Assembly: GCA_964508585.1 (NCBI GenBank)
Contig: CAZDUC010000002.1
Span: forward strand, 1-37,463
DNA length: 37,463 bases
Direction: 5' to 3'
Source: an uncultured Candidatus Saccharibacteria bacterium
Lineage (GTDB): Bacteria; Patescibacteriota; Minisyncoccia; Phycocordibacterales; UBA918
Shown here: in pieces, positions 7,842 to 16,278 of the stretch
Position numbering within the stretch: position 1 is the first letter of the stretch
Layout of the letters: the number at the start of each line of letters is the position of its first letter
Position numbers and translations under genes: made by a program
The notes under the pieces: generated by a model
Told to the model about the DNA's origin: nothing
Databases searched by the model: none
Seen by the model: the letters and a program-made list of their open reading frames with translations, nothing else

Positions 7842-9245
7842 TTAAAAATCATCTCTGTCAGCTCCTACCGTGTGGTGTGTATCAAGATTAATAAATCGCA
7901 CGTGCTTATCATCAAAGTAGAGTTCTGTGCTTCCCACCGGCCCATTACGGTGTTTTTCAATCATAATCTCTGCGATATTGGTGCGGTCAGACTCCTTATT
8001 TTGTTTATCTTCGCGGTGGATAAACATCACCACATCTGCATCCTGCTCGATAGATCCAGAATCACGGAGGTCTGAGAGACGGGGCTTACCACCGCGTTGC
8101 TCCACCGCACGGGAGAGCTGTGAGAGGGCAATCACCGGTACATCAAGCTCGCGTGCAAGAATCTTAAGTGAGCGAGAAATCTCGGTCACCTGTTGTACCA
8201 TGGAATCACTTGCCTTTGTAGACGTGGGGCTCATAAGCTGAAGGTAGTCGACAATAAGAAGGTCGAGCCCGTGCTCGTTTTTGAGCCTACGCGCTGAAGA
8301 GCGCATTTTGAGAATGTTGTTGCCCGGTTGATCGTCGATGTGAATCGGTGCCTCTGCAAGACGCGCCATAGCTGCCTGGACCGCCTCAAACTCAGCATCA
8401 GTACGCAACTTTCCTGTACGGAGTTTCCATGAGTCAACACCCGCCTCAGCAGCAAGCATACGATCGACAAGCTGTTGGTCACTCATCTCAAGTGAGAAGA
8501 CGCCGACTGATGCTCCATGAACGCACGCTGCGTTACGGGCAATATCGAGTGCAAAGGTGGTCTTTCCCATACTCGGTCGAGCAGCGATGATGATGAGGTC
8601 TGACTTCTGAAGTCCTGCAAGGAGGTTATCAAGTCCGGTAAAGCCGGTCGGAACACCACGATGTATGTCGGTCGAAGAATTCAATTTTTCAAATCGATCC
8701 CATGCCTCGTTGAGTGAGCTTCCAATTGGAGTGAATTTCTGTGTCGTGGGAGCATTCGTTACCTGATAGATTTTCTTCTCGGCGGTATCCATTGCTGCAT
8801 CGATATTTTCTGGATCGGAGTATCCAATTTCTGCAATATCATCAGCTGCGTTGATAAGCCCGCGGAGTATCGATTTATTTTGCACGAGTCCCGCATAGTA
8901 GAGTGCGTTTCCTGCAGCAGGGACCGACTCCACGAGTTCAGTGATGTAGCTTGCTCCACCGGTGCGCTCAAGGAGGCCTCGGGTTTTAAGCTTTGTGGTA
9001 ATAGAGAGAATGTCGATTGGATCACCATGCATGAAGGTATCGAGTATTGCTCGATAAATTTCACGATTCTTATCTGCATAGAATGATTCAGGGTACACGG
9101 TGACCGACACATCATGCATCACCTCTGATTTGAGGATAATAGCACCGAGGAGCGCACGCTCTGCCTCGAGGTTTTGCGGTGGCATGCGAAGGAGTCGGCT
9201 TCGGGTGCCTGTTTGGGTACGTGTGTCTTCGATAGTGTCATCCAT
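7842..9245 (-). CDS. dnaB: Replicative DNA helicase DnaB
   Basis: PPQNLEAERALLGAIIL N-terminal motif, Walker A ARPSMGKTTFAL, RecA-like C-terminal domain. 467 aa. Confidence 0.95.
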   Translation of the reverse strand: MDDTIEDTRTQTGTRSRLLRMPPQNLEAERALLGAIILKSEVMHDVSVTVYPESFYADKNREIYRAILDTFMHGDPIDILSITTKLKTRGLLERTGGASYITELVESVPAAGNALYYAGLVQNKSILRGLINAADDIAEIGYSDPENIDAAMDTAEKKIYQVTNAPTTQKFTPIGSSLNEAWDRFEKLNSSTDIHRGVPTGFTGLDNLLAGLQKSDLIIIAARPSMGKTTFALDIARNAACVHGASVGVFSLEMSDQQLVDRMLAAEAGVDSWKLRTGKLRTDAEFEAVQAAMARLAEAPIHIDDQPGNNILKMRSSARRLKNEHGLDLLIVDYLQLMSPTSTKASDSMVQQVTEISRSLKILARELDVPVIALSQLSRAVEQRGGKPRLSDLRDSGSIEQDADVVMFIHREDKQNKESDRTNIAEIMIEKHRNGPVGSTELYFDDKHVRFINLDTHHTVGADRDDF

Positions 9246-9254
9246 AGTGGGAAC

Positions 9255-9263
9255 ATTGTATCA
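9255..9263 (-). promoter_or_regulatory. Extended -10 element upstream of dnaB
   Basis: Minus strand reads TGATACAAT-N9-ATG(9245). The identical nonamer and spacing occur before the LOG gene. Confidence 0.4.
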
Positions 9264-9286
9264 CAACCCATTTTCGGTTCATTAAA

Positions 9287-9313
9287 AGTGGATAGTGTGG
9301 ATGAAGGGGATAG
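9287..9313 (-). repeat. Three head-to-tail DnaA-box-like 9-mers
   Basis: Minus strand reads CTATCCCCT TCATCCACA CTATCCACT, matching TTATCCACA at 6/9, 8/9 and 7/9. A fourth partial copy (GATAGTA on the + strand) is at 9327..9333. Confidence 0.4.
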
Positions 9314-9352
9314 TGTTTCAAATTTGATAGTAATTGAAAAATCATTACCAAA

Positions 9353-10807
9353 CTAACTTTTCGAGATTTTTTGTCCCTGTGGTGAATCCTCAATAGAGTA
9401 GCCTTTGAGGTTGATTGCTTCGCGGAGGTAGTCTGACTCACTCCAGTTGTGCGTTGCGCGGGCAATTTCACGTTTATCGAGCAGTTCTTGGATATCAGCA
9501 GGAACCTCATCCCGAGCAACAATACCGAGTTCACGGACCACATCACTCGGATCGTCAGAGAGTCCAATATCGAGCACCGAATCAATTTCTTTCAGCGTTG
9601 CCACTTTATCTGGATTTGAGAGGGAAGTATCCTTCACAATCTCCCACATGAGCGCGATGGCTTTCGCGGTATCGAGATCATCATTAAGCGCGGTGTGAAA
9701 ACGCACACGGTACGGTTCACTCACCGTTCCTGAAACATTCTTACATTCCTCAAACACAAAACGTCTAAGCCTGAAAAGTGCTTGTTTTGCAGAGTCGAGT
9801 GCTTCAAAAGTAAAGTTCATCGACGAACGGTAGTGGCCGGTGAGAAGCCAGTAGCGGTAGATGAGCGGGGAATACCCACTATCCACAAGCCCCGAGAGTC
9901 GAATACCGTTGCCAAGTGATTTTGAAATTTTAGTATCATTGATTTTAATGTGCGCGTTATGAAGCCAGTAGGAAACATACTTTTTCCCTGTCACTGACTC
10001 TGCCTGCGCAATCTCACCATTGTGGTGTGTATACTTGAGGTCCTCACCGCCGGTATGAATATCGATTTGCTTTCCAAGAGTAGTAAAAATCATCGCAGTA
10101 CACTCAATATGCCAACCAGGAAAGCCCTTCCCCCACGCACTTTCCCACCCGAGGAGTCCTTTTTTCCACAGTGCAAAGTCAGCAGGGTGACGTTTTTCCG
10201 TATTCACACTCACTCGTGCCCCATGCTGAATCTCATTGAGGTGTATGTTGCCGAGAATGCCATACGCTGGAAACTTTGAAATATCAAAATACACGCCGTC
10301 ATCTGTCTCATACGCGTAGCCCTTTTCATAGAGTGTTTGAATAAGCCTGATTTGCTCACGAACATACTCACTCGCCGGAGTGTACTTTGTCGGAGGAATA
10401 TTTCGAAATGCATCATTATCATCCTTAAATGATCGAATGTATATCTCCGCAACTTCTCGCATAGCACTCAGTGAGATTGGTTTCCCCTCACGCTTCAGTG
10501 CCTTCATCATCTTATCTTCGCCCGCATCACCATCATCACTCAAGTGACCAAAATCAGTAAAATTGATGACATGCTTCACCTGATAGCCATTGTACATGCA
10601 GGCTCTCTTAATGAGATCAGCGAGGAGAAATGAACGTAAATTTCCAATGTGAATATGGTCGTATACGGTCGGACCACACGAGTACATAGTTACCTCACTT
10701 GGTTTGAGTGGGACAAATAGTTCTTTCTTGTGCGTTGCAGAATTATAAAAATACAGTGGTGGGTGCTCAAGTGGTGCTTTTGATGAAAAATAATGCAAAA
10801 AACTCAT
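9353..10807 (-). CDS. cysS: Cysteinyl-tRNA synthetase
   Basis: MYSCGPTVYDHIHIGNLRSF (HIGH region), KISKSLGN (KMSKS). 484 aa. Confidence 0.95.
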   Translation of the reverse strand: MSFLHYFSSKAPLEHPPLYFYNSATHKKELFVPLKPSEVTMYSCGPTVYDHIHIGNLRSFLLADLIKRACMYNGYQVKHVINFTDFGHLSDDGDAGEDKMMKALKREGKPISLSAMREVAEIYIRSFKDDNDAFRNIPPTKYTPASEYVREQIRLIQTLYEKGYAYETDDGVYFDISKFPAYGILGNIHLNEIQHGARVSVNTEKRHPADFALWKKGLLGWESAWGKGFPGWHIECTAMIFTTLGKQIDIHTGGEDLKYTHHNGEIAQAESVTGKKYVSYWLHNAHIKINDTKISKSLGNGIRLSGLVDSGYSPLIYRYWLLTGHYRSSMNFTFEALDSAKQALFRLRRFVFEECKNVSGTVSEPYRVRFHTALNDDLDTAKAIALMWEIVKDTSLSNPDKVATLKEIDSVLDIGLSDDPSDVVRELGIVARDEVPADIQELLDKREIARATHNWSESDYLREAINLKGYSIEDSPQGQKISKS

Positions 10808-10834
10808 GGTTGGTGTCGATTACGAATTGTCCGT

Positions 10835-10843
10835 AGTGTACCA
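10835..10843 (-). promoter_or_regulatory. Extended -10 element upstream of cysS
   Basis: Minus strand reads TGGTACACT, 27 nt before ATG 10807. Confidence 0.35.
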
Positions 10844-10866
10844 AAAAAAAGACGGTGTAGCATCTT
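10843..10866 (-). terminator. Weak intrinsic terminator after corA
   Basis: Minus strand reads AAGAUG-CUACAC-CGUCUU (6 bp including one G-U) followed by a U-run. Confidence 0.45.
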
Positions 10867-10871
10867 CTGTA

Positions 10872-11783
10872 CTACATCCACCCTTTTCGTTTAAAGTAGA
10901 TAAAGAAAACAGATGCCGCAATCGACATGCTTCCGACAATAATCCAAAAATCAAATGGGTGGCCAATAATCGGAGTTGATTCCGTGTTCATACCAAACAT
11001 TGAACTGAAGAGCGTGAGAGGAAAGGTAATAAACGCAAGTGTGGTCAATGTCTTAATAACCTCATTCTGTTTGGTAAAGAGCATGGCACTGTTCGTCTCA
11101 CGGAGTGCCGTCATGGTTTCAAATTGGGTATTCGCCGTGTGCTGAAGAAGTGAGTACTGTGTGCGAATCAGGTGAAAATCGCGTGCAAATACGTTTCCAT
11201 AGATATCTTCAAATTGCTGAGCCATATCCCTAAGAATATCTTCATGCCCGCGCACCGTGTGGCGGAACGCGATGAGTTGTTTACTAATATTCGAAATTTC
11301 ATACACCATGAATTTCTCATTTTCTTTAAAAATCTCTGATTCAATGTCGGCGAGTTTTGTCTCAATGTAATCGAGTTTTGAAAGCGCACTGTCATAGAGG
11401 TTGTTAAAAAGTGAGATGAAAATATGCGCACCGGTGATGCCTTTTTGCGTTTTACGAAGCGTCGATGCCACTTCAAACTGACGCTTAAACCGATCGATTG
11501 CTTCCATCTCCTCATAGTGAATTGTGACGAGCGATTTTTTCGATACAAGAAACTTGACCTCGAATTGATGCTCAGCATTGAGTCGTTTTATAACCGGGAA
11601 GTCAAGTGTAATTTTAATGGTATCTTCTGCGCGAGTGACTGTATTTTTGGGGACAAACGTAGTGATATCAGTCATCAGTGCAGGGGGTATATCAAGTTCA
11701 CGCATGATGGTCTGTACCTCCTCAATGGTAGGGTTTTTCATGTTGACCCATATAAGCTTACCCTGTCGTAGACGCTCTATCAT
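10872..11783 (-). CDS. corA: CorA-family Mg2+/Co2+ transporter
   Basis: C-terminal two TM helices with the GMN signature (SSMFGMNTE). 303 aa. Confidence 0.9.
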   Translation of the reverse strand: MIERLRQGKLIWVNMKNPTIEEVQTIMRELDIPPALMTDITTFVPKNTVTRAEDTIKITLDFPVIKRLNAEHQFEVKFLVSKKSLVTIHYEEMEAIDRFKRQFEVASTLRKTQKGITGAHIFISLFNNLYDSALSKLDYIETKLADIESEIFKENEKFMVYEISNISKQLIAFRHTVRGHEDILRDMAQQFEDIYGNVFARDFHLIRTQYSLLQHTANTQFETMTALRETNSAMLFTKQNEVIKTLTTLAFITFPLTLFSSMFGMNTESTPIIGHPFDFWIIVGSMSIAASVFFIYFKRKGWM

Positions 11784-11852
11784 ATATTTTCAATAATCGT
11801 ACCATACCTCCTGTACTCTACAGGGTTATCTTTTGAATAAATAGGGGAGAAG

Positions 11853-11861
11853 TGTCATAAT
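11853..11861 (+). promoter_or_regulatory. Extended -10 element, near-leaderless, upstream of the S41 protease gene
   Basis: TGTCATAAT-AGACGAC-ATG(11869). Confidence 0.4.
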
Positions 11862-11868
11862 AGACGAC

Positions 11869-13176
11869 ATGATACATACCGATGAACAACATAATCTACG
11901 CACCGAAAATAACGTTCTTGAAAGCGAGACACCAACGTCACACCATGTGCCGTACGTATACAAAAAACAACAACCATTACTCGGGATTGGTTTGGCAGTA
12001 CTCCTTGCCACTGCAACCTTTTTTTCAGGACTCCATATCGGAAACGATACACGTCTCGATGCAAACCTTTTTTCAATTTTTAGCAGAGAGACAAAAGCTG
12101 ATGATTCGATAGACCTCACCGAATTTTGGCATGTATGGAACCTGCTCGAGAAAAAATTTGTCACCTCAGCAACCTCAACCCCTCTCACCGATGAAGAGAA
12201 AGTTCGTGGCGCCATCGAAGGCCTCGTTCGCACATACGGCGATCCATATACTGTATATTTCCCGCCAGCTGACGCAGCAATGTTTGAAGCCGATATCAGT
12301 GGAAACTTTAGCGGTGTCGGTATGGAGGTAGGAATGCGTGATGACGTGATTACCGTTATATCACCACTCCCAGGAAGCCCTGCAGAGAAGGCGGGTATCC
12401 TTGCGGGTGACGTGCTTGTCCGCATCAATGATCAGTCAACCGAGGGGATTGGCGTGGATGAAGCGGTGAGTCAAATCAGAGGCGAGAAAGGTACCGAGGT
12501 ACACTTCAGCGTGTACCGAAAAGGTGAAACTGAATTTATTGATATCACGGTGGTGAGAGATACGATTGTTATCCCAACGAGTAAGACCGAAGTGCGTGAC
12601 GACGTCTTCATCATCACCCTTTATAGTTTCAATGCACTCTCCGAAATGGAAATGCAAAAAGCGCTCCGTGAATATGTCAAAAGTGGAAAACGGAAACTTG
12701 TCCTCGATCTTCGAGGGAATCCCGGTGGCTACTTGCAGAGTGCGGTCGCTATTGCGAGCTACTTCCTCCCTGCAGGAAAGCCTGTTGTACGCGAAAGCTT
12801 TGGCATTGATCAGGACGAACAGGTGTATAGAAGCTCTGGTAAAGAACTTGGCTCTTCAGCTCCTAAAAAACTTGTCGTGCTCGTTGATGGAGGTTCTGCC
12901 TCTGCGTCTGAAATTCTCGCTGGCGCACTTCAAGAGCATGGGGTAGCAACGCTTATCGGCGCACAAACATTTGGTAAAGGCTCGGTGCAAGAGTTGGTCA
13001 ATTTGGACGATGGCTCATCACTCAAGGTTACTGTCGCAAGATGGCTCACTCCAAATGGGGTATCTATCTCAGAAGGAGGCCTCACCCCTGACATGGTTGT
13101 GGAGCGCACCATGGAAGATAGAAAAGCTGAAAAAGACCCACAACTTGACTCAGCACTTGAGTTTCTTAAAAAGTAA
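11869..13176 (+). CDS. ctpA: Carboxy-terminal processing protease (peptidase S41, Ctp/Prc family) with PDZ domain
   Basis: N-terminal TM segment, PDZ (PGSPAEKAGILAGDVLVRINDQSTEG), catalytic region LDLRGNPGGYL … GGSASASEILAGAL … GKGSVQ. 435 aa. Confidence 0.9.
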   Translation: MIHTDEQHNLRTENNVLESETPTSHHVPYVYKKQQPLLGIGLAVLLATATFFSGLHIGNDTRLDANLFSIFSRETKADDSIDLTEFWHVWNLLEKKFVTSATSTPLTDEEKVRGAIEGLVRTYGDPYTVYFPPADAAMFEADISGNFSGVGMEVGMRDDVITVISPLPGSPAEKAGILAGDVLVRINDQSTEGIGVDEAVSQIRGEKGTEVHFSVYRKGETEFIDITVVRDTIVIPTSKTEVRDDVFIITLYSFNALSEMEMQKALREYVKSGKRKLVLDLRGNPGGYLQSAVAIASYFLPAGKPVVRESFGIDQDEQVYRSSGKELGSSAPKKLVVLVDGGSASASEILAGALQEHGVATLIGAQTFGKGSVQELVNLDDGSSLKVTVARWLTPNGVSISEGGLTPDMVVERTMEDRKAEKDPQLDSALEFLKK

Positions 13177-13250
13177 CTTTACCCAGACAGCCTATATAGT
13201 GAGAGGTTACGTGAAGCTCCTTTTGTAAATTATGACGCATTGGGAGAATC

Positions 13251-13259
13251 TGGTATGAT
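13251..13259 (+). promoter_or_regulatory. Extended -10 element upstream of rplI
   Basis: TGGTATGAT, 54 nt before ATG 13314. It is flanked by two copies of TATGACGCATT (13231..13241 and 13259..13269). Confidence 0.4.
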
Positions 13260-13313
13260 ATGACGCATTATAGAGATGGTTTATTAGTACGTAGTAGTTA
13301 GAAAGAGCACTGT

Positions 13314-13757
13314 ATGAAAGTAATTCTTATAAAAGATGTCGCTCGATTGGGAAGAAAATCCGAGGTAAAGGATGTACCAAGTGGACACGCACTCAATTTT
13401 CTTATTCCGCGAAAGTACGCGGTCATTGCCACACCAGAGCAGTTAAAGCGACACGCTGAAGGAGTAAAGCAAGTTGATGCACAGAAAGAGGAGGCGCATA
13501 AGGCATTTGTCGCTTCCTGCGCAACGCTGAGTGCGAAGCATATCCGCTATGAAGCAGAGGCGAATGAAAAGGGACATCTTTTCAAGGGTATCCACATCGA
13601 AGATATTATCGCGCACCTTGAAGCAAAAGAGCATATTGTACTCTCTCAAAAGAGCATGCTCCTTCCTCACCCCATCAAGGATCTTGGCGTATACCAGATA
13701 CCACTTTCGTTTGAGGGAGCAACAGGAATGTGTACATTAGAGGTTGTGAAAAAATAA
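13314..13757 (+). CDS. rplI: 50S ribosomal protein L9
   Basis: MKVILIKDVARLGRKSEVKDVPSGHALNFLIPRKYAV is a typical L9 N-terminal domain. 147 aa. Confidence 0.95.
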   Translation: MKVILIKDVARLGRKSEVKDVPSGHALNFLIPRKYAVIATPEQLKRHAEGVKQVDAQKEEAHKAFVASCATLSAKHIRYEAEANEKGHLFKGIHIEDIIAHLEAKEHIVLSQKSMLLPHPIKDLGVYQIPLSFEGATGMCTLEVVKK

Positions 13758-13758
13758 T

Positions 13759-14463
13759 ATGGCAAGCATTAAACAGATCGCATGGGTTATTGGTGCATCG
13801 ATTGCACTCGTGGCGCTTATCGGGTGGTGGTTTCATGCACATAACCAACCACCTGAGCTCCTCCTCGATGCAAACGAAAAAATAGAAGGACCACTTTCGC
13901 CAAAAGAATTAGAAATAAATAATCCAGAAGTAACAAACACTATGAATCGAATTGCAGTTCTTAAAACAAACCTAGGTGATATCGAAATTGAGCTCTTTGA
14001 AGATACCATGCCAATTACCACCGGAAACTTCATTAAGCTCGCAGAAGAAAAGTTCTACGATGGAACAAAATTTCACCGTATTATTAAAGATTTCATGATT
14101 CAGGGCGGTGATCCAAATAGTAAAACTGATAATGTCATCACCTACGGAACAGGTGGGCCAGGGTACACCATTCAGGATGAATTTGTTGAAAATCCACTTT
14201 TGAGTAATGTTCGTGGCACGATTGCAATGGCAAATACCGGACAACCAAATTCTGGTGGAAGTCAATTCTTTATTAACACCGTAGACAACACAGGGCTTGA
14301 TTTCAATAAGGAGCCTTTCTCATCAAAGCATCCGGTGTTTGGACGCATTGTAAAGGGAATGGATGTTGTTGACGCGGTGTCAGTCGTTAAGACTGGTGAA
14401 CGAGACTTACCAGTTGAACCAGTTATCGTTGAGTCAGTAACCATACGATCACAGGCTGAGTAG
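13759..14463 (+). CDS. Membrane-anchored peptidyl-prolyl cis-trans isomerase (cyclophilin type)
   Basis: N-terminal TM segment, then GNFIKLAEEKFYDGTKFHRIIKDFMIQGGDP … MANTGQPNSGGSQFFI. 234 aa. It starts 1 nt after the rplI stop. Confidence 0.9.
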   Translation: MASIKQIAWVIGASIALVALIGWWFHAHNQPPELLLDANEKIEGPLSPKELEINNPEVTNTMNRIAVLKTNLGDIEIELFEDTMPITTGNFIKLAEEKFYDGTKFHRIIKDFMIQGGDPNSKTDNVITYGTGGPGYTIQDEFVENPLLSNVRGTIAMANTGQPNSGGSQFFINTVDNTGLDFNKEPFSSKHPVFGRIVKGMDVVDAVSVVKTGERDLPVEPVIVESVTIRSQAE

Positions 14464-14476
14464 GGTGCTCGGTGAC

Positions 14477-14525
14477 ACATACTAAAAATCCCCGGCGCCA
14501 GAGGCGCCGGGGATTTTTAGTATGT
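14477..14525. terminator. Bidirectional intrinsic terminator between the PPIase gene (+) and rpmA (-)
   Basis: Perfect 23-bp inverted repeat ACATACTAAAAATCCCCGGCGCC-AGA-GGCGCCGGGGATTTTTAGTATGT. The GC-rich core is flanked by A5/T5, so it can function on both strands. Confidence 0.85.
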
Positions 14526-14537
14526 AGTAGTCGAATA

Positions 14538-14816
14538 CTACGCTTCTACAACAGTCACGCGCTTCTTGGTGATAGTCTTTCCGTGGAAATTTGTTTTTCG
14601 CATATTTCCAAAAGAAACTTTTCCAGCCTTACCAGCATGAAGTGTGTGGTCCTTCGAGACAAAAACATTCTTTCCAGCCTCGATGCGTGTACCGCGCTGT
14701 CGCACGAGCACTTCACCCACTTTTACCGTTTGACCGTCAGATCTCTTTACCCCCAGATACTGTGGTTTTGAGTCGCTTAGGTTTTTTGCGCTACCGCCTG
14801 CTTTTTTATGTGCCAT
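14538..14816 (-). CDS. rpmA: 50S ribosomal protein L27
   Basis: MAHKKAGGSAKNLSDSKPQYLGVKRSDGQTVKVGEVLVRQRGTRIEAGKNV. 92 aa. Confidence 0.95.
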   Translation of the reverse strand: MAHKKAGGSAKNLSDSKPQYLGVKRSDGQTVKVGEVLVRQRGTRIEAGKNVFVSKDHTLHAGKAGKVSFGNMRKTNFHGKTITKKRVTVVEA

Positions 14817-14866
14817 ATGTCGTTATTATCTAAATGTTTATATGCAGGGCCGTTTGGAACGGTTGC

Positions 14867-14874
14867 TGTATACT
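14867..14874 (+). promoter_or_regulatory. -10 element, leaderless configuration
   Basis: TG-TATACT-AGTGGGG-ATG(14882). Confidence 0.35.
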
Positions 14875-14881
14875 AGTGGGG

Positions 14882-15313
14882 ATGAGTATACAAGAATTAT
14901 CATCAAAATTCAAGGGCTTCTTTCATAATGTGGAATACATGCTCACCGCACTCATTATTGTTGTATCTTGTCTATCGTTTTACCTTGGTCGCATGTCCGT
15001 TACAAGTGAAAACATCCAACCCATTTCTATGCCCGCTTCTTCAATCCAACACGATACTCTCATGGGAAATATACACGCGACAGCATCTCCGGTAACTTCC
15101 GAGATGAGTACAGCTCCTTCAAACACAGAAACATCTCTCGTCCCAGAAGTAGAGCAGGGGAAATACGTTGCTTCAAAAAAGGGGACCAAATACCACCTCC
15201 CCTGGTGTCCTGGCGCAAAGCAAATCAAAGAAGAAAACAAGCTTTGGTTTAATTCAAAGGAAGAAGCAGAAAAGGCAGGGTATACCAAAGCAACAAACTG
15301 TAAAGGACTCTAG
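14882..15313 (+). CDS. Membrane-anchored protein with C-terminal Ada-like / 'sunset'-type YH-x3-C … C-x2-? motif domain
   Basis: MSIQELSSKF…, one TM segment (MLTALIIVVSCLSFYLG), a low-complexity linker, then KYHLPWCPGAKQIKEENKLWFNSKEEAEKAGYTKATNC. This pattern resembles the Ada N-terminal Zn-binding fold. Start chosen at 14882 (supported by the -10 element) rather than 14834. Confidence 0.6.
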   Translation: MSIQELSSKFKGFFHNVEYMLTALIIVVSCLSFYLGRMSVTSENIQPISMPASSIQHDTLMGNIHATASPVTSEMSTAPSNTETSLVPEVEQGKYVASKKGTKYHLPWCPGAKQIKEENKLWFNSKEEAEKAGYTKATNCKGL

Positions 15314-15498
15314 AGCATGTTCAACAAGCTCTCACACGTCGATACGCTACGTTTAGACACACTCATCGTATATTGAATATACCCCCCACTTCCTCACATG
15401 CGCGCCTCATCTCTGAGCTCTTTGACCACGCTCTGTAATGGTTGTGCGAAGTTTTGACACATGCTCTAGGTATGTGTTTTGAGGAAATATGTTATTTT

Positions 15499-16164
15499 CT
15501 ACCACCGTATCGGTGTCTTGCCATGCGTACGAAGGTACGCGTTCGCTTGACTAAAATGCCTGCATCCAAAAAAACCACGATGTACTGAGAGAGGGGATGG
15601 GTGAGAAGCGGTAAGCACGAGGTGTTTCGTCGTATCAATGTGTACACCTTTTTCAGTGGCATACTTTCCCCAAAGCATAAAGACAACATGCTCATGCGTA
15701 TCAGAAATTTTCTGTATCACCGCATCGGTGAATGTCTCCCAACCAATTCCTTGATGTGATCCCGGGAAGCCTTCCTGTACAGTAAGGACCGCATTGAGAA
15801 GCAAAACTCCTTGATCTGCCCATGGTGTGAGATCCCCAGTGAGGGGAATTGAAGCCTGCAAATCAGAACTGAGCTCTCGGTATATATTTTTAAGCGACGG
15901 GGGTATGACGGTACCCTCTTGTACTGAAAAACTCAAACCATGCGCCTGCCCACGATTATGGTATGGGTCCTGCCCAAGTATGACAACTTTGACGGAGTCG
16001 AATGGGCAATGCGCAAATGCGTTAAATACGTATTGTGATGGCGGATAGATTGGAATACCTCCAGCGTACGCCTTGCGTACGCTGGAGGTAAGCGTTGTGT
16101 AGTATGGCTTCACGAACTCCTGGGCAAGTGCCTTATTCCATGATATTTCAATGTTTGTGAGCAT
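15499..16164 (-). CDS. ung: Uracil-DNA glycosylase, family 1
   Basis: Motifs GQDPYH and HPSPLS. 221 aa. Confidence 0.95.
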   Translation of the reverse strand: MLTNIEISWNKALAQEFVKPYYTTLTSSVRKAYAGGIPIYPPSQYVFNAFAHCPFDSVKVVILGQDPYHNRGQAHGLSFSVQEGTVIPPSLKNIYRELSSDLQASIPLTGDLTPWADQGVLLLNAVLTVQEGFPGSHQGIGWETFTDAVIQKISDTHEHVVFMLWGKYATEKGVHIDTTKHLVLTASHPSPLSVHRGFFGCRHFSQANAYLRTHGKTPIRW

Positions 16165-16170
16165 CCTGCT

Positions 16171-16176
16171 ATTGTA
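16171..16176 (-). promoter_or_regulatory. -10 hexamer, leaderless configuration, for ung
   Basis: Minus strand reads TACAAT-AGCAGG-ATG(16164). Confidence 0.4.
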
Positions 16177-16263
16177 GCGAACTTTTCACATAATTGAACT
16201 AGCGACGAGACTGTCTCAGAACACCAGTACCGTGTTTTTACATAGTGTTCGAACATGCACATA

Positions 16264-16272
16264 TGGTATGCT
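16264..16272 (+). promoter_or_regulatory. Extended -10 element, leaderless configuration, for the exonuclease gene
   Basis: TGGTATGCT-TATAGA-ATG(16279). Confidence 0.45.
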
Positions 16273-16278
16273 TATAGA

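Noticed and set aside
11826-12428. 200-aa minus-strand ORF overlapping the start of the S41 protease gene
   Set aside because: It is antisense to a well-supported PDZ/S41 protease and has no motifs. It also spans the corA/ctpA divergent promoter region.
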